In this document: positions 8,790 through 17,759 of the stretch, one piece after another | Layout of the letters: every line of letters starts with the position of its first letter | How positions within the stretch are numbered: the first letter of the stretch is position 1 | Assembly (NCBI GenBank): GCA_016212275.1 | Contig: JACRGR010000062.1 | Coordinates: 1 to 29,521, forward strand | Source of the DNA: Nitrospinota bacterium | GTDB lineage: Bacteria; Nitrospinota_A; UBA7883; JACRGQ01 | Length of the DNA: 29,521 nt | Direction of reading: 5' to 3' | Notes under the pieces: generated by a model | What the model was told of the DNA's origin: nothing | Seen by the model: only the letters and a program-made list of their open reading frames with translations | Databases searched by the model: none | Program-made: the position numbers and the translations under genes

Positions 8790-10834
8790 AGCGCCACCAG
8801 CAGGAGGAAGAGGATAGTGAAGAAGGAATACGCCAGGTAGATGTGTATCCTTCCGTGTTGCAGACGCGCGGTGTGTTTGGCGAGGCGGAACGCGAGGTCC
8901 GCCACCGGGCGGTAGAACCAGCCCCAAGCGCGGTCGCGCACGCGAACGCTATAGTTCACTTTGGCGGGAAATTCCGCGGGACGTCCATCCGGCAGGCCGG
9001 GCCGCACCCGCTCCTTGATGTGGAACAGGTAGCCGAATATCAGCCGCGGCGGCATGGAGAAGGCGGTGGAAGTGTACTGCATGGTGGAAGTGATCTTCTC
9101 GAACCCGCAGTCCCACAGCGGCACGCGGTGGATGGCGCTTTTTTTCGAGCGGAGCGTGAGGAACACCACCAGCAAAACGGAGGCGATCCCCAGCAAAACC
9201 ATCGGCGCGGCGTACGAGGCGCGCTGGGCCGATACCGGCGTAAGCCACAGCCAGCCAACCTCCCCCGCGGATCTCGCGATGGTCTCCCCCGCCAGTTGCG
9301 ACGAGAGATTGCCCATCCACGCGATGACGACGGTGGGGAAAACGCCGAGCAACAGGCACGCGGTCGCCGCGATCATCATTCCCGCGCGCATCGAGGGGGT
9401 GGCGTCGTGCGCGGTTGCACATGCTTCGCTCCGGCAATGGCCGAGGAAGGTGACGCCGAACGCCTTGACGAAACAGGAGGCCGAGAGCGCGGCCACCAAC
9501 GCCAAAAGCGCCGCCCCCAGCGGGATGACGAGGTTCAAGTGCTGGCTGGGTAACGATGGCGACATGAGGAACGCCTGGAACGTGAGCCATTCGGACACGA
9601 ACCCGTTGAACGGGGGAAGCGCCGATATGGACAGGCACCCCACCAGGAACAGCGGCGCGGTCCATTTCATTTTGTGTATCAGCCCGCCCATCTTTTCCAT
9701 GTTCCGCACGCCGGTGGCATGGAGCACCGCGCCCGCCCCCATGAACAAAAGCCCCTTGAACATGGCGTGGTTGAGCGTGTGGTACAACGCGGCGGTGATG
9801 GCCAGCGCCGCCATCAGCGGCTGGTGGAACGAAAGGAATATCATCCCCAGCCCCAGCCCCACGAGGATGATGCCTATGTTCTCCACGGACGAGTAAGCCA
9901 ATAACCGCTTGAGGTCATTTTCCAATAATGCGGCCAGCACGCCCAGGATGGCGGATGCCAGCCCCACGGCCAGCACCAGTTCCCCCCACCACAGTTGCGG
10001 CGTGTGCAGAATGTCGAACGTGAAGCGCACGATGCCGTAAATGGCGGTCTTCAGCATCGCGCCGCTCATCAGGGCGGACACATTGCTCGGCGCGGCGGGG
10101 TGCGCTTCCGGAAGCCAGACATGGAGCGGGACGATGCCCGCTTTCGCGCCGAACCCCAAAAAGGCGAGCACAAAAGCGGTGCTCGCCCACGCCGGGGGAA
10201 GGCTTGCGCCGCGCATCGCGTCGAAGGTATATCCGTGAAACGTGTCGAACCCGGCGGCGAACCCCGCCATCACGCCGAACGCCAGGAGGATCGCCACCGC
10301 ACCGATGTGCGCCACCACCAAATAAATGTAAGCGGCACGGCGGTTCTCCACCACGCCATCTTCATACAGGACGAGGAAATAGGAAGCGGCGGCCATCAGT
10401 TCCCACGAGATGAGGAAAAAATAGGCGTCGTCCGATACGAGCACCAAAAGCATCCCCGCGAGAAACAGCGGGTAAAAGATGGCGAGGTGGGTGACGGATC
10501 TTTTGCCGATGAACCCGGCGATATATCCCCGTGAGTAAATCGAAACGCAAAACGCCAAGAGCGAAACAACGGTTATGAAAAACCCCGAAAGCGGGTCGAG
10601 CCGGAGGTGGAACGGCAGGTCGGGAAGCCCGACGGGAAGAATAAGCGTTTCCGCCTCCCCGCCCGCCACTGCCAGTATCCCCGCGAAAAGGGAAAACAGG
10701 GAAGCGGCTGAAAAAACCGGGAAAATGATTGAAACAATAAGGTGTTGGCGCCGGTGGAACAATGGCACTATGGCCACGGACGCGATAAGGATGAATATGG
10801 CGGTTAAGACTAGGCTACTTAAAGAACCTTCCAT
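8786..10834 (-). CDS. NuoL / HyfB-like long antiporter-type membrane subunit
   Basis: 682 aa. VWLPEAHPAAPSNVSALMSGAMLKTAIYGIVRF and a long C-terminal extension as in HyfB/NuoL. First gene of the minus-strand operon. Confidence 0.88.
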   Translation of the reverse strand: MEGSLSSLVLTAIFILIASVAIVPLFHRRQHLIVSIIFPVFSAASLFSLFAGILAVAGGEAETLILPVGLPDLPFHLRLDPLSGFFITVVSLLAFCVSIYSRGYIAGFIGKRSVTHLAIFYPLFLAGMLLVLVSDDAYFFLISWELMAAASYFLVLYEDGVVENRRAAYIYLVVAHIGAVAILLAFGVMAGFAAGFDTFHGYTFDAMRGASLPPAWASTAFVLAFLGFGAKAGIVPLHVWLPEAHPAAPSNVSALMSGAMLKTAIYGIVRFTFDILHTPQLWWGELVLAVGLASAILGVLAALLENDLKRLLAYSSVENIGIILVGLGLGMIFLSFHQPLMAALAITAALYHTLNHAMFKGLLFMGAGAVLHATGVRNMEKMGGLIHKMKWTAPLFLVGCLSISALPPFNGFVSEWLTFQAFLMSPSLPSQHLNLVIPLGAALLALVAALSASCFVKAFGVTFLGHCRSEACATAHDATPSMRAGMMIAATACLLLGVFPTVVIAWMGNLSSQLAGETIARSAGEVGWLWLTPVSAQRASYAAPMVLLGIASVLLVVFLTLRSKKSAIHRVPLWDCGFEKITSTMQYTSTAFSMPPRLIFGYLFHIKERVRPGLPDGRPAEFPAKVNYSVRVRDRAWGWFYRPVADLAFRLAKHTARLQHGRIHIYLAYSFFTILFLLLVAL

Positions 10835-11015
10835 TGTTGCGATTTCTAATGTTCCCCGTATGCCGAATCAACTATCAGGCAAAAATGTATATGCAACCGT
10901 TCAGTCCGGAATATTGAAACCCACTACCATTGTGGAAAACATAGCACGCGCGTTTCAAGCATGTCAAACTTTGCCGGAAAACATGCCTCATTCTCTTTCA
11001 AAAACGGTATTCGGT

Positions 11016-11044
11016 TTGGAAGAGTCCGCATAATCCGCTAGAAT
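11016..11044 (+). promoter_or_regulatory. candidate sigma70-type promoter for the sensor kinase gene (TTGGAA-17nt-TAGAAT)
   Basis: TTGGAAgagtccgcataatccgcTAGAAT lies about 50 nt upstream of the ATG at 11097, in an AT-richer divergent intergenic region. Confidence 0.3.
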
Positions 11045-11096
11045 CAGTTTTGTAACGCTTTGAAATCATTTTACCGGAGAATGAGATACAAGGTTC

Positions 11097-13478
11097 ATGC
11101 AACATAAGATCAACGCAAACGGGACTCCGTACAGTTCCATGACGGACCACATCGCCAGAGGGGCGCGCACCTCGCTGGGAAGGCTGGTCATCGCATTTTC
11201 ACTTGTCCTGATAGTTGTGTTCAGCGCCGGTTACTACTATCTGAACGAGCGCAACTTCAGGATAATCGAGGAAGCGGACAAAGAGCGCGACCTCAAAAAC
11301 AGCGAGATACTGCTACTCACCGAGACCGTCCGCCTGTTGAATGGCGCCTTGCTTCCGCTCCACGATTCGCTAATGCACGCTTCGGCCTACGCGAGCCGCC
11401 AAATTGGCGATACCGCGGCGATGGCGGGGCTTGAAAAAGAACTGCGGGAACTTGCCGAAGTAAAGGAAAGACTGGATGGGGTATTCGCCCGCTTAAGCGG
11501 CGAAGACGATTTTATTAAAAACCTTCGGAGGGAAATGCTGGAATGCCTTCCGCTTATTGACGGGGTTATAACGAATGTAAACCAGTCCAATGCCCTTGCG
11601 CGGTTAAAGGGGACCGACCGGGAACGGACCCGCCTCATCCGTTCCGCTTTCGAAACATCGGAGCATCTTCATGCAAAGGTGGAGGCCATAACCGCCCGGA
11701 TAGACGGCCGCATCGTGGTCTTGAAACGCGAATTCGAAATTGCGGGAAAAAAGGATGCCGCCGCCCAGTGGGGCGTGATCGTGAAAATGCGGTGGGCGGT
11801 CGCGCTGGCTTTGGCGATCATCGTGCTCTTGTGCGTGGTGGAGCTGATGGCGATAGGCCGGATACGCCGGGATGAGGCGCGACTGAAAGAGGAAGAGGAA
11901 AAATACCACAAACTCATCGAAACGGCGGGCGACGCCATCGTGGTGGCGGACGCGGCGACGGGAGTTATCCTGGACGTAAACCGCGAGGCCGAAACGCTGT
12001 TCCACAAGCGGCGGGAAACGCTGGTGGGCATGGCGCAGTCCGACCTTTATCCGCCGGACAACCGCGAGTTTTACGCGGCGGCGTTCGCCCGCGTGATCAA
12101 GAGCGGGGAGATACTCCGCAACCTGATGGTGCGCCGGGAAGATGGCACAACCATCCCGGTGGACGTGCGGACAAGCCTGATGACGTTCGGAGACCGGATC
12201 ATCGTCCAGGGGATATTCCGCGACATGAGTTACTATGTGGATTCCGAACATAAAATGCAGGAGCAGGCCGATTTCCTGCAACGCTTGATGGACGCTATCC
12301 CGAACCCGGTTTTTTTCAAGGACGCAAAGGGAGTGTACTTGGGGTGCAACCGCACCTTCGAAGAGTGGTTCGGCATCAAAGCGGAAAACATAGTGGGGAA
12401 AGGGGTATATGACATCAGCCCCGCGGAATTCGCCGCCAAATACGAGGAAAAAGACAACGACCTGTTCGCCCATCCGCGCGAACCGCAGGTGTACGAGAGC
12501 CTGGTGCAGACCAAACAGAATGGATTGCGGAACGTGATGTTCTATAAATCGTGCTTCTTCAATGCGTCCGGCGAGGTGGCGGGGCTTGTCGGAGTGGTGC
12601 TGGACATCACCGAGCGCAAGGCTATTGAGCGGGAGCAATTGAACCTCGTCCGGCAGATGGTGGAAGCGCTCGACGAGGTGAAGGAAGCGAACCGGCTGAA
12701 GACCGAATTTTTGGCCAACATGTCCCACGAACTCCGCACGCCGCTTACCTCCATCTTGGGATACTCGCGGATCGCCGGTGAAAAATGGCAAGAACTGTCG
12801 GATGGGGTGAAACTGCTGGCCGCCGGGGATCGAGCGGGGCAAGACGGCATGCACGGTATCGGCATGGAACTGGTGAACCAGGCGCACGAAGCCAACGAGT
12901 TCAACGCCATCATCGTGCGCGAGGCCGAGCAACTGTTCAGGATGATCAGCGACATTTTGGACCTCAGCCAACTCGAGGCGGGGCACTTGAAGATCATGAA
13001 CGGCGTGGTGTCCGCCGACATGGTTTTGCACGCCGTGGTGGAGAGCCAGTCGCCTATCGCGCGCGAGAAGAACCTGAAGATGTCCACCAACCGCGACCGG
13101 CTTTCATCCGCGGACGTGATGTTTTTGGGGGACCAGATGCGCCTCGAACAAGTGCTTAAGAGCATCGTGAACAACGCGGTCAAATACAGCGATCACGGCG
13201 CAGTGTCGCTGGAGGCAATGCGGGAAAATGAAAACGTGCTGTTCCGGGTGACGGATCAGGGAATCGGCATCGCCCAAAAAGACTTCGAGACTATTTTCGG
13301 AAGCTTCCGGCAGTTGGACGGCTCGTCCACCCGGAGCCACGGCGGCGTGGGGCTGGGACTCACGCTCGCCAAACGGCTGACCGAGGCGATGGGCGGCTCC
13401 ATACAGGTGGAATCGGCCCTCGGCAAGGGTTCGGTCTTCACCGTGGCGCTTCCGTACCGCCCCGTCACCGGCGCCTGA
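11097..13478 (+). CDS. sensor histidine kinase with two TM helices, a coiled-coil extracytoplasmic region, two PAS domains, HisKA and HATPase_c
   Basis: 793 aa. TM segments LVIAFSLVLIVVFSAGYYYL and WAVALALAIIVLLCVVELMAI. H-box NMSHELRTPLTSILGY. G-boxes DQGIGIAQKD and GGVGLGLTLAKRLTEAMGGSIQVES. Two PAS-like segments precede the kinase core. Confidence 0.9.
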   Translation: MQHKINANGTPYSSMTDHIARGARTSLGRLVIAFSLVLIVVFSAGYYYLNERNFRIIEEADKERDLKNSEILLLTETVRLLNGALLPLHDSLMHASAYASRQIGDTAAMAGLEKELRELAEVKERLDGVFARLSGEDDFIKNLRREMLECLPLIDGVITNVNQSNALARLKGTDRERTRLIRSAFETSEHLHAKVEAITARIDGRIVVLKREFEIAGKKDAAAQWGVIVKMRWAVALALAIIVLLCVVELMAIGRIRRDEARLKEEEEKYHKLIETAGDAIVVADAATGVILDVNREAETLFHKRRETLVGMAQSDLYPPDNREFYAAAFARVIKSGEILRNLMVRREDGTTIPVDVRTSLMTFGDRIIVQGIFRDMSYYVDSEHKMQEQADFLQRLMDAIPNPVFFKDAKGVYLGCNRTFEEWFGIKAENIVGKGVYDISPAEFAAKYEEKDNDLFAHPREPQVYESLVQTKQNGLRNVMFYKSCFFNASGEVAGLVGVVLDITERKAIEREQLNLVRQMVEALDEVKEANRLKTEFLANMSHELRTPLTSILGYSRIAGEKWQELSDGVKLLAAGDRAGQDGMHGIGMELVNQAHEANEFNAIIVREAEQLFRMISDILDLSQLEAGHLKIMNGVVSADMVLHAVVESQSPIAREKNLKMSTNRDRLSSADVMFLGDQMRLEQVLKSIVNNAVKYSDHGAVSLEAMRENENVLFRVTDQGIGIAQKDFETIFGSFRQLDGSSTRSHGGVGLGLTLAKRLTEAMGGSIQVESALGKGSVFTVALPYRPVTGA

Positions 13479-13519
13479 TTTTTCTTGCCCAAGTGGAAAA
13501 ACCGGGGATAATACCGGTC

Positions 13520-15229
13520 ATGCAAAACAATGAACTGCTAAAACCGTTTCCGAGAACATTCGTTTCCATGGATTTCGCCATCACCGACGCGGCTTCGCTA
13601 AAACCGTGGGTGGACATACTTCTGGAGCGCCCGCTCTCCTCGCTGGCCGACCTTAAGGCGTGGATTGAAGATTGGTCCGAGCTGGAGGGGGTCATCGGCG
13701 AGGATTCCAACCTCCGCTATGTGGCCATGACATGCGATACGAAGGACCCGAAAAAGACCGAGGCGTACCTCTATTTCGTGCGCGAGATACAGCCCCAATT
13801 GACGGAGTGGGACAACGCCCTGAAGAAGAAATATTACGCATCGCCGTTCCGTAAGGAACTGGACGCCGTCGAGTTCGGCAGGCTGGACAGGATGTTCAGC
13901 GTGTCCATCGAACTGTTCACGGAAAAGAACATCCCGCTCGACGTGCAATTGGCCGAGATGAGCCAGCAGTACCAGCAGACCACCGGCGCGTGGACGGTGG
14001 AATTCGACGGCAAAAAGCAGACCATGCCGCAGATGTCCCGCTACCTGTACCGCACCGACCGCCCCCTTCGCGAGCAGGCCTGGCGCGCCACCGGCGAGCG
14101 GCGGCTGGCGGACGCGCCCGCGCTGGAAGGCCTGTTCGACCGGATGGCGAAAACGCGCCACGAGTACGCGCAAAACCTGGGACTGAAGGATTACCGCGAA
14201 TACAGCTTCAAGGCAAAGCTGCGGGACTACACACCGGAGGACTGCTTGCAGTTCCACGACGCGATAGAAAAGGCCGCCGTGCCGCTGATGAGGAAGATCG
14301 CCGAAAAACGGCGCATGGAGATGGGCTTGCCCGCCCTGCGCCCGTGGGACATGCATGTGGATCCGCTCGGCAGGCCGCCTCTGGAGCCGTTCAAGGAAGT
14401 GAAGCAACTGCAAGACGGCACGGGCCGGATATTCGGGAAGATAGACCCTCGTTTGGAGCGGATGTACGGCGCCATCACCGGGATGATGGACCTGGACAGC
14501 AGGGACGGCAAGGCCCCCGGCGGCTACCAGACCACCTTCGAGGAGCGGCGCGTGCCGTTCATCTTCACCAACGCGGCGGGGCTCCACGGCGACGTGACCA
14601 CGCTGTTGCACGAGGGGGGACACGCCTTCCACACCATCTCCTGCCGTGCGTTGCCGATGATCTGGTACCGTCACGCGGGAATGGAATTTTCCGAAGTGGC
14701 CAGCATGACGCAGGAGCTGTTCGGCAACGGCTTCGTGGCCGAATTTTACCGCGACGAAGAGCAGGCCAAGCGCGCGATGTTCGAGCAATGGGAGCGGGTG
14801 GTGGACATCTTCCCGTGGGTGGCCACGGTGGACGCTTTCCAGCAATGGATTTACACCAATCCGGGCCACACGCGGGACCAGCGCGCCGCGGCATGGCTGA
14901 AAATATCCCAGCGGTTCGAAATAGGGCTTGATTGGAGCGGGCTGAACCCGGACGTTAAAAAATACTCGTGGCACCGGCAATTGCACATCTTCGAGGTGCC
15001 GTTCTATTACATCGAATATGCTATCGCGCAACTGGGAGCGCTCCAGCTTTACCGCATGTTCCGCGAAAACCCGCGCAAGGCGGTGGATAGCTACCTCGCG
15101 GCGCTGGCGCTTGGCGGGAGCAGGCCGCCAAAGGAACTGTTCGAGGCCGCGGGGATACGGTTCGATTTCTCGCACGGCATGTTGTCCGGCCTGATGGCGA
15201 TGGCCGAAGAGGAGCTGGAGAAGCTTTAA
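13520..15229 (+). CDS. pepF: M3-family oligoendopeptidase F
   Basis: Zinc-metallopeptidase motif HEGGHAFH inside an alignable M3B architecture of about 570 aa. Start uncertain: ATG at 13520 or in-frame GTG at 13493, neither with a strong RBS. Confidence 0.85.
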   Translation: MQNNELLKPFPRTFVSMDFAITDAASLKPWVDILLERPLSSLADLKAWIEDWSELEGVIGEDSNLRYVAMTCDTKDPKKTEAYLYFVREIQPQLTEWDNALKKKYYASPFRKELDAVEFGRLDRMFSVSIELFTEKNIPLDVQLAEMSQQYQQTTGAWTVEFDGKKQTMPQMSRYLYRTDRPLREQAWRATGERRLADAPALEGLFDRMAKTRHEYAQNLGLKDYREYSFKAKLRDYTPEDCLQFHDAIEKAAVPLMRKIAEKRRMEMGLPALRPWDMHVDPLGRPPLEPFKEVKQLQDGTGRIFGKIDPRLERMYGAITGMMDLDSRDGKAPGGYQTTFEERRVPFIFTNAAGLHGDVTTLLHEGGHAFHTISCRALPMIWYRHAGMEFSEVASMTQELFGNGFVAEFYRDEEQAKRAMFEQWERVVDIFPWVATVDAFQQWIYTNPGHTRDQRAAAWLKISQRFEIGLDWSGLNPDVKKYSWHRQLHIFEVPFYYIEYAIAQLGALQLYRMFRENPRKAVDSYLAALALGGSRPPKELFEAAGIRFDFSHGMLSGLMAMAEEELEKL

Positions 15230-15238
15230 AGGCGGGTT

Positions 15239-15259
15239 GCCGGTGGCCTCGGCGTTTTT
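15239..15259 (+). terminator. weak rho-independent terminator candidate after pepF
   Basis: GCCGG-tggcc-TCGGC with a G-U closing pair, followed by gttttt, 10 nt after the pepF stop. Confidence 0.3.
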
Positions 15260-15364
15260 ACACGGCGCTCCGCCGCCATGTGAAGATGCCCGTCAACATG
15301 CCGATACCATTGGCGGTCATCAATTGGCATTTTCAGCGGCGCAAAAGCGGGATACACTCTCACG

Positions 15365-16237
15365 ATGGCGATAGGTAATAAACTGGTCAGCGCGGTCATC
15401 CTCACATGGAACCGCAAGGACGACCTGAAAGAAACACTGGAACGGCTCCGGGAACAGCCCTACTCCCCGATTGAAATTATCGTGGTGGACAACGCCTCCA
15501 CCGACGGCACCGACGGAATGGTCCGCTCGTCGTTCCCGGAGGTGGTGTACCTTCCACAGAAAGAGAACCGGGGCATCGCCGGGTATAACGCGGGCTTCAT
15601 GGCGGCGCGCGGCGATTATATCGTGGCGCTGGATTCCGATTCGCACCCCGAACCGGAAGCCATGGGGCGGATGGTAACACTGTTTGAAAAAAATCCAACG
15701 GCGGGGATCGTGGCGTTCGACGTACACGCCTCGCCCGGCGGAAAACCGATACCGGAGGGCGCGCCAGTGGCGGAGGTGGCGGGATACCACGGCGCGGGCG
15801 TGGGATTCCGCGCGGAAGTATTCCAAAAGGCGGGGTACTGGTACGAGCCGTTTTTCCTCTACTTCAACGAGATGGACCACGCCCTTCGCGCGCTCATGGC
15901 GGGATACCGCATCATCACCTCCCCAGCCGTGCGCGCGGTACACCGGTCGTCGCCGGTGGCGCGCCCTTCCGAACGGGGAGCGTATTTTTATGCGCGTAAC
16001 GCGCTGTGGGTGATTTGGCGGCACTACCCGGCGCGGGAAATGTTTTCGGCCACCGCGCAATTCGTCTGGCTGGCGGTATCGGAAAGCCTGTACCAGCGCA
16101 CCGGGGTGTATTTGCGGGCGGTGCGGGATGCGTTCGCGGCGGCACCCGGAGTTGTGCGCGGGCGGAATCCACTTCCGCCGAACATTTTCGAAAAGGTCCG
16201 CATCCCCCTCCACCTCGTATTCACGAGGTTCGAATGA
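15365..16237 (+). CDS. family 2 glycosyltransferase (GT-A fold)
   Basis: 290 aa. VSAVILTWNRKDDLKETLERL...IIVVDNASTDGT...YIVALDSDS is the classic GT2 N-terminal motif set. Confidence 0.85.
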   Translation: MAIGNKLVSAVILTWNRKDDLKETLERLREQPYSPIEIIVVDNASTDGTDGMVRSSFPEVVYLPQKENRGIAGYNAGFMAARGDYIVALDSDSHPEPEAMGRMVTLFEKNPTAGIVAFDVHASPGGKPIPEGAPVAEVAGYHGAGVGFRAEVFQKAGYWYEPFFLYFNEMDHALRALMAGYRIITSPAVRAVHRSSPVARPSERGAYFYARNALWVIWRHYPAREMFSATAQFVWLAVSESLYQRTGVYLRAVRDAFAAAPGVVRGRNPLPPNIFEKVRIPLHLVFTRFE

Positions 16238-16758
16238 AAACACTGGTCATCCGCTCGGCATCACTTGAACGGTTCGACGCGCTGGCCCAAAAGCTCGGCC
16301 TGAACGCCGGATACACCGATCCGGTGGAAGTGCTCACCCATCCGCATGCAACGGAAGCGTTAAGAGCGAATTACCCTACGGTCACTGTGGTTGAATATCC
16401 GTATACGGGTGGGTTTTGCCGCCATGCCGTAAAACAGATGGTGCGGGCGGGTTCACTTGCCAAAGATCATTCGGAGATAATCGTTTTGTGCGGCAACGTT
16501 TCAGGCGGCGGCCACTTCAATGCCATCCGGGCCGCGCACGAAGCGGGGAGCAACGTGTTCCTCTTCAACACGGCGGGGGAACTGGTTCCGGCGCCGCCCG
16601 CCCAAGTTCGGCGCGAGGCGACTCGGAGATTACTCTTATTTCCCGCCGCGGTATTTGGTACAATTCTCGTGCTTGCTTTGGGGGTACCGTGGCTCGCGGC
16701 CTGCCTGATTTTGGGCAAGGCCGTCAGCGGGAAAAATAGTAGTGAAAAAACAGGTTAA
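16234..16758 (+). CDS. hypothetical protein with a C-terminal TM anchor
   Basis: 174 aa from an ATG that overlaps the GT2 stop (ATGA): MKTLVIRSASLERFDALAQKLGL...IIVLCGNVSGGGHFNAIRAAHEAGSNVFLF, with a C-terminal hydrophobic helix LLLFPAAVFGTILVLALGVPWLAACLILG. No family recognised. Overlaps the next gene by 17 nt. Confidence 0.6.
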   Translation: MKTLVIRSASLERFDALAQKLGLNAGYTDPVEVLTHPHATEALRANYPTVTVVEYPYTGGFCRHAVKQMVRAGSLAKDHSEIIVLCGNVSGGGHFNAIRAAHEAGSNVFLFNTAGELVPAPPAQVRREATRRLLLFPAAVFGTILVLALGVPWLAACLILGKAVSGKNSSEKTG

Positions 16759-17722
16759 TGTCCTTATCACCGCCGCGTCGCGGCGCGTGGCGCTTATCCG
16801 CGGTTTCGCCGAAGGGCTGAAAAAGGCGGGGGCCGCGGGCCGTGTGGTGGTTACCGATTCCGATCCGCTTTCGCCGGGACTCTTTTTCTGTTCCGGGCAC
16901 CACATCGTCCCGCTCGCCACATCCCCCGACTACATCCCCGCGATCAAGGAGATATGCAAATCGGAGGACATCTCCCTGCTCATCCCCACGATTGACGAGG
17001 AGTTGCCGATATTCGGCAAGCATAAGGAAGAGTTCCGGCTGATGGGGGTGCGCATCCCCGTGTCGGACGAAGAGATAGGGAATGTATGCAACGACAAATA
17101 CAAGACCTACCTCTTCTTCAAGGAGAACGGCCTGCCGTTCGCCGAAACATGGTTGCCGGACGAGGTGCGGAAGCTCAAGCCGGAACTGCCGCTCTTCATC
17201 AAACCGCGGTTCGGGCGCGGCGCGGTGCAGGCCTATCCGATATTCAAAAAAAAGGAACTCGATTTCTTCCTCGACTATGTGCAGGACCCGATAGTGCAAA
17301 GGTTCCTGCCCGGCAAAGAATACACGGTGGACGTGCTGTGCGATTTCGAGGGGCGGGTGATCTCGGTGGTGCCCCGGCACCGGATGGTGATCCGCTCCGG
17401 CGTGTGCGACCGCGGCATGACGGAAAAAAATCAAAAGCTGATGGCCCTCGCCGAAGAGGCCGCAAAGAAACTGCGCCTCGTGGGGGCGGCCAACCTGCAG
17501 TGCAAGGTGGATGGCGACAACATCCAGTTCTTCGAAGTGAACGCCCGCTTCTCCGGCGCGATCCAGCTGACCATCAACGCGGGGGCCGATTTTCCCCACA
17601 TGATGCTCCAGATGCTCAACGGCGGCGTGAAACCCTGCATCGGCGAGTTCGAAGACAAGCTGACGATGGTGAGTTACGAGGAAAGCCTGTACCGCCACCC
17701 CGCGAACGGGCGGAAAAACTGA
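16742..17722 (+). CDS. ATP-grasp domain protein (carbamoyl-phosphate-synthase-like ligase fold)
   Basis: 326 aa. PLFIKPRFGRGAVQAYPI...EYTVDVLCDFEGRVISVVPRHRM...ANLQCKVDGDNIQFFEVNARFSG matches ATP-grasp fold hallmarks. GTG start. Confidence 0.8.
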   Translation: MKKQVNVLITAASRRVALIRGFAEGLKKAGAAGRVVVTDSDPLSPGLFFCSGHHIVPLATSPDYIPAIKEICKSEDISLLIPTIDEELPIFGKHKEEFRLMGVRIPVSDEEIGNVCNDKYKTYLFFKENGLPFAETWLPDEVRKLKPELPLFIKPRFGRGAVQAYPIFKKKELDFFLDYVQDPIVQRFLPGKEYTVDVLCDFEGRVISVVPRHRMVIRSGVCDRGMTEKNQKLMALAEEAAKKLRLVGAANLQCKVDGDNIQFFEVNARFSGAIQLTINAGADFPHMMLQMLNGGVKPCIGEFEDKLTMVSYEESLYRHPANGRKN

Positions 17723-17759
17723 AGCTATCCGCGCTTTTTCCGATAAGAAGCTAACGGTC

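Noticed and set aside
8790-8927. 46-aa N-terminal extension of the NuoH-like ORF.
   Set aside because: Low-complexity. GTG at 8789 gives a GTGA stop/start overlap with the NuoL-like gene and a canonical NuoH N-terminus.
10880-10990. Sigma-54 (GG-N10-GC) promoter for the Ehr-like operon.
   Set aside because: The only GG...GC candidates (ggcaaaaatgtatatgc and its minus-strand analogue) have 13-nt spacing instead of 10. A weak sigma70-like TTGACA-19-TATGTT on the minus strand was seen, but the spacer is too long to call.
16006-16233. Upstream 76 codons of track ORF 16006-16758, and upstream parts of ORFs 22861-23829 and 22376-22420.
   Set aside because: These are out-of-frame overlaps with the preceding, well-supported genes. 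In each case an internal start with an overlap or RBS gives a protein of the expected family length.
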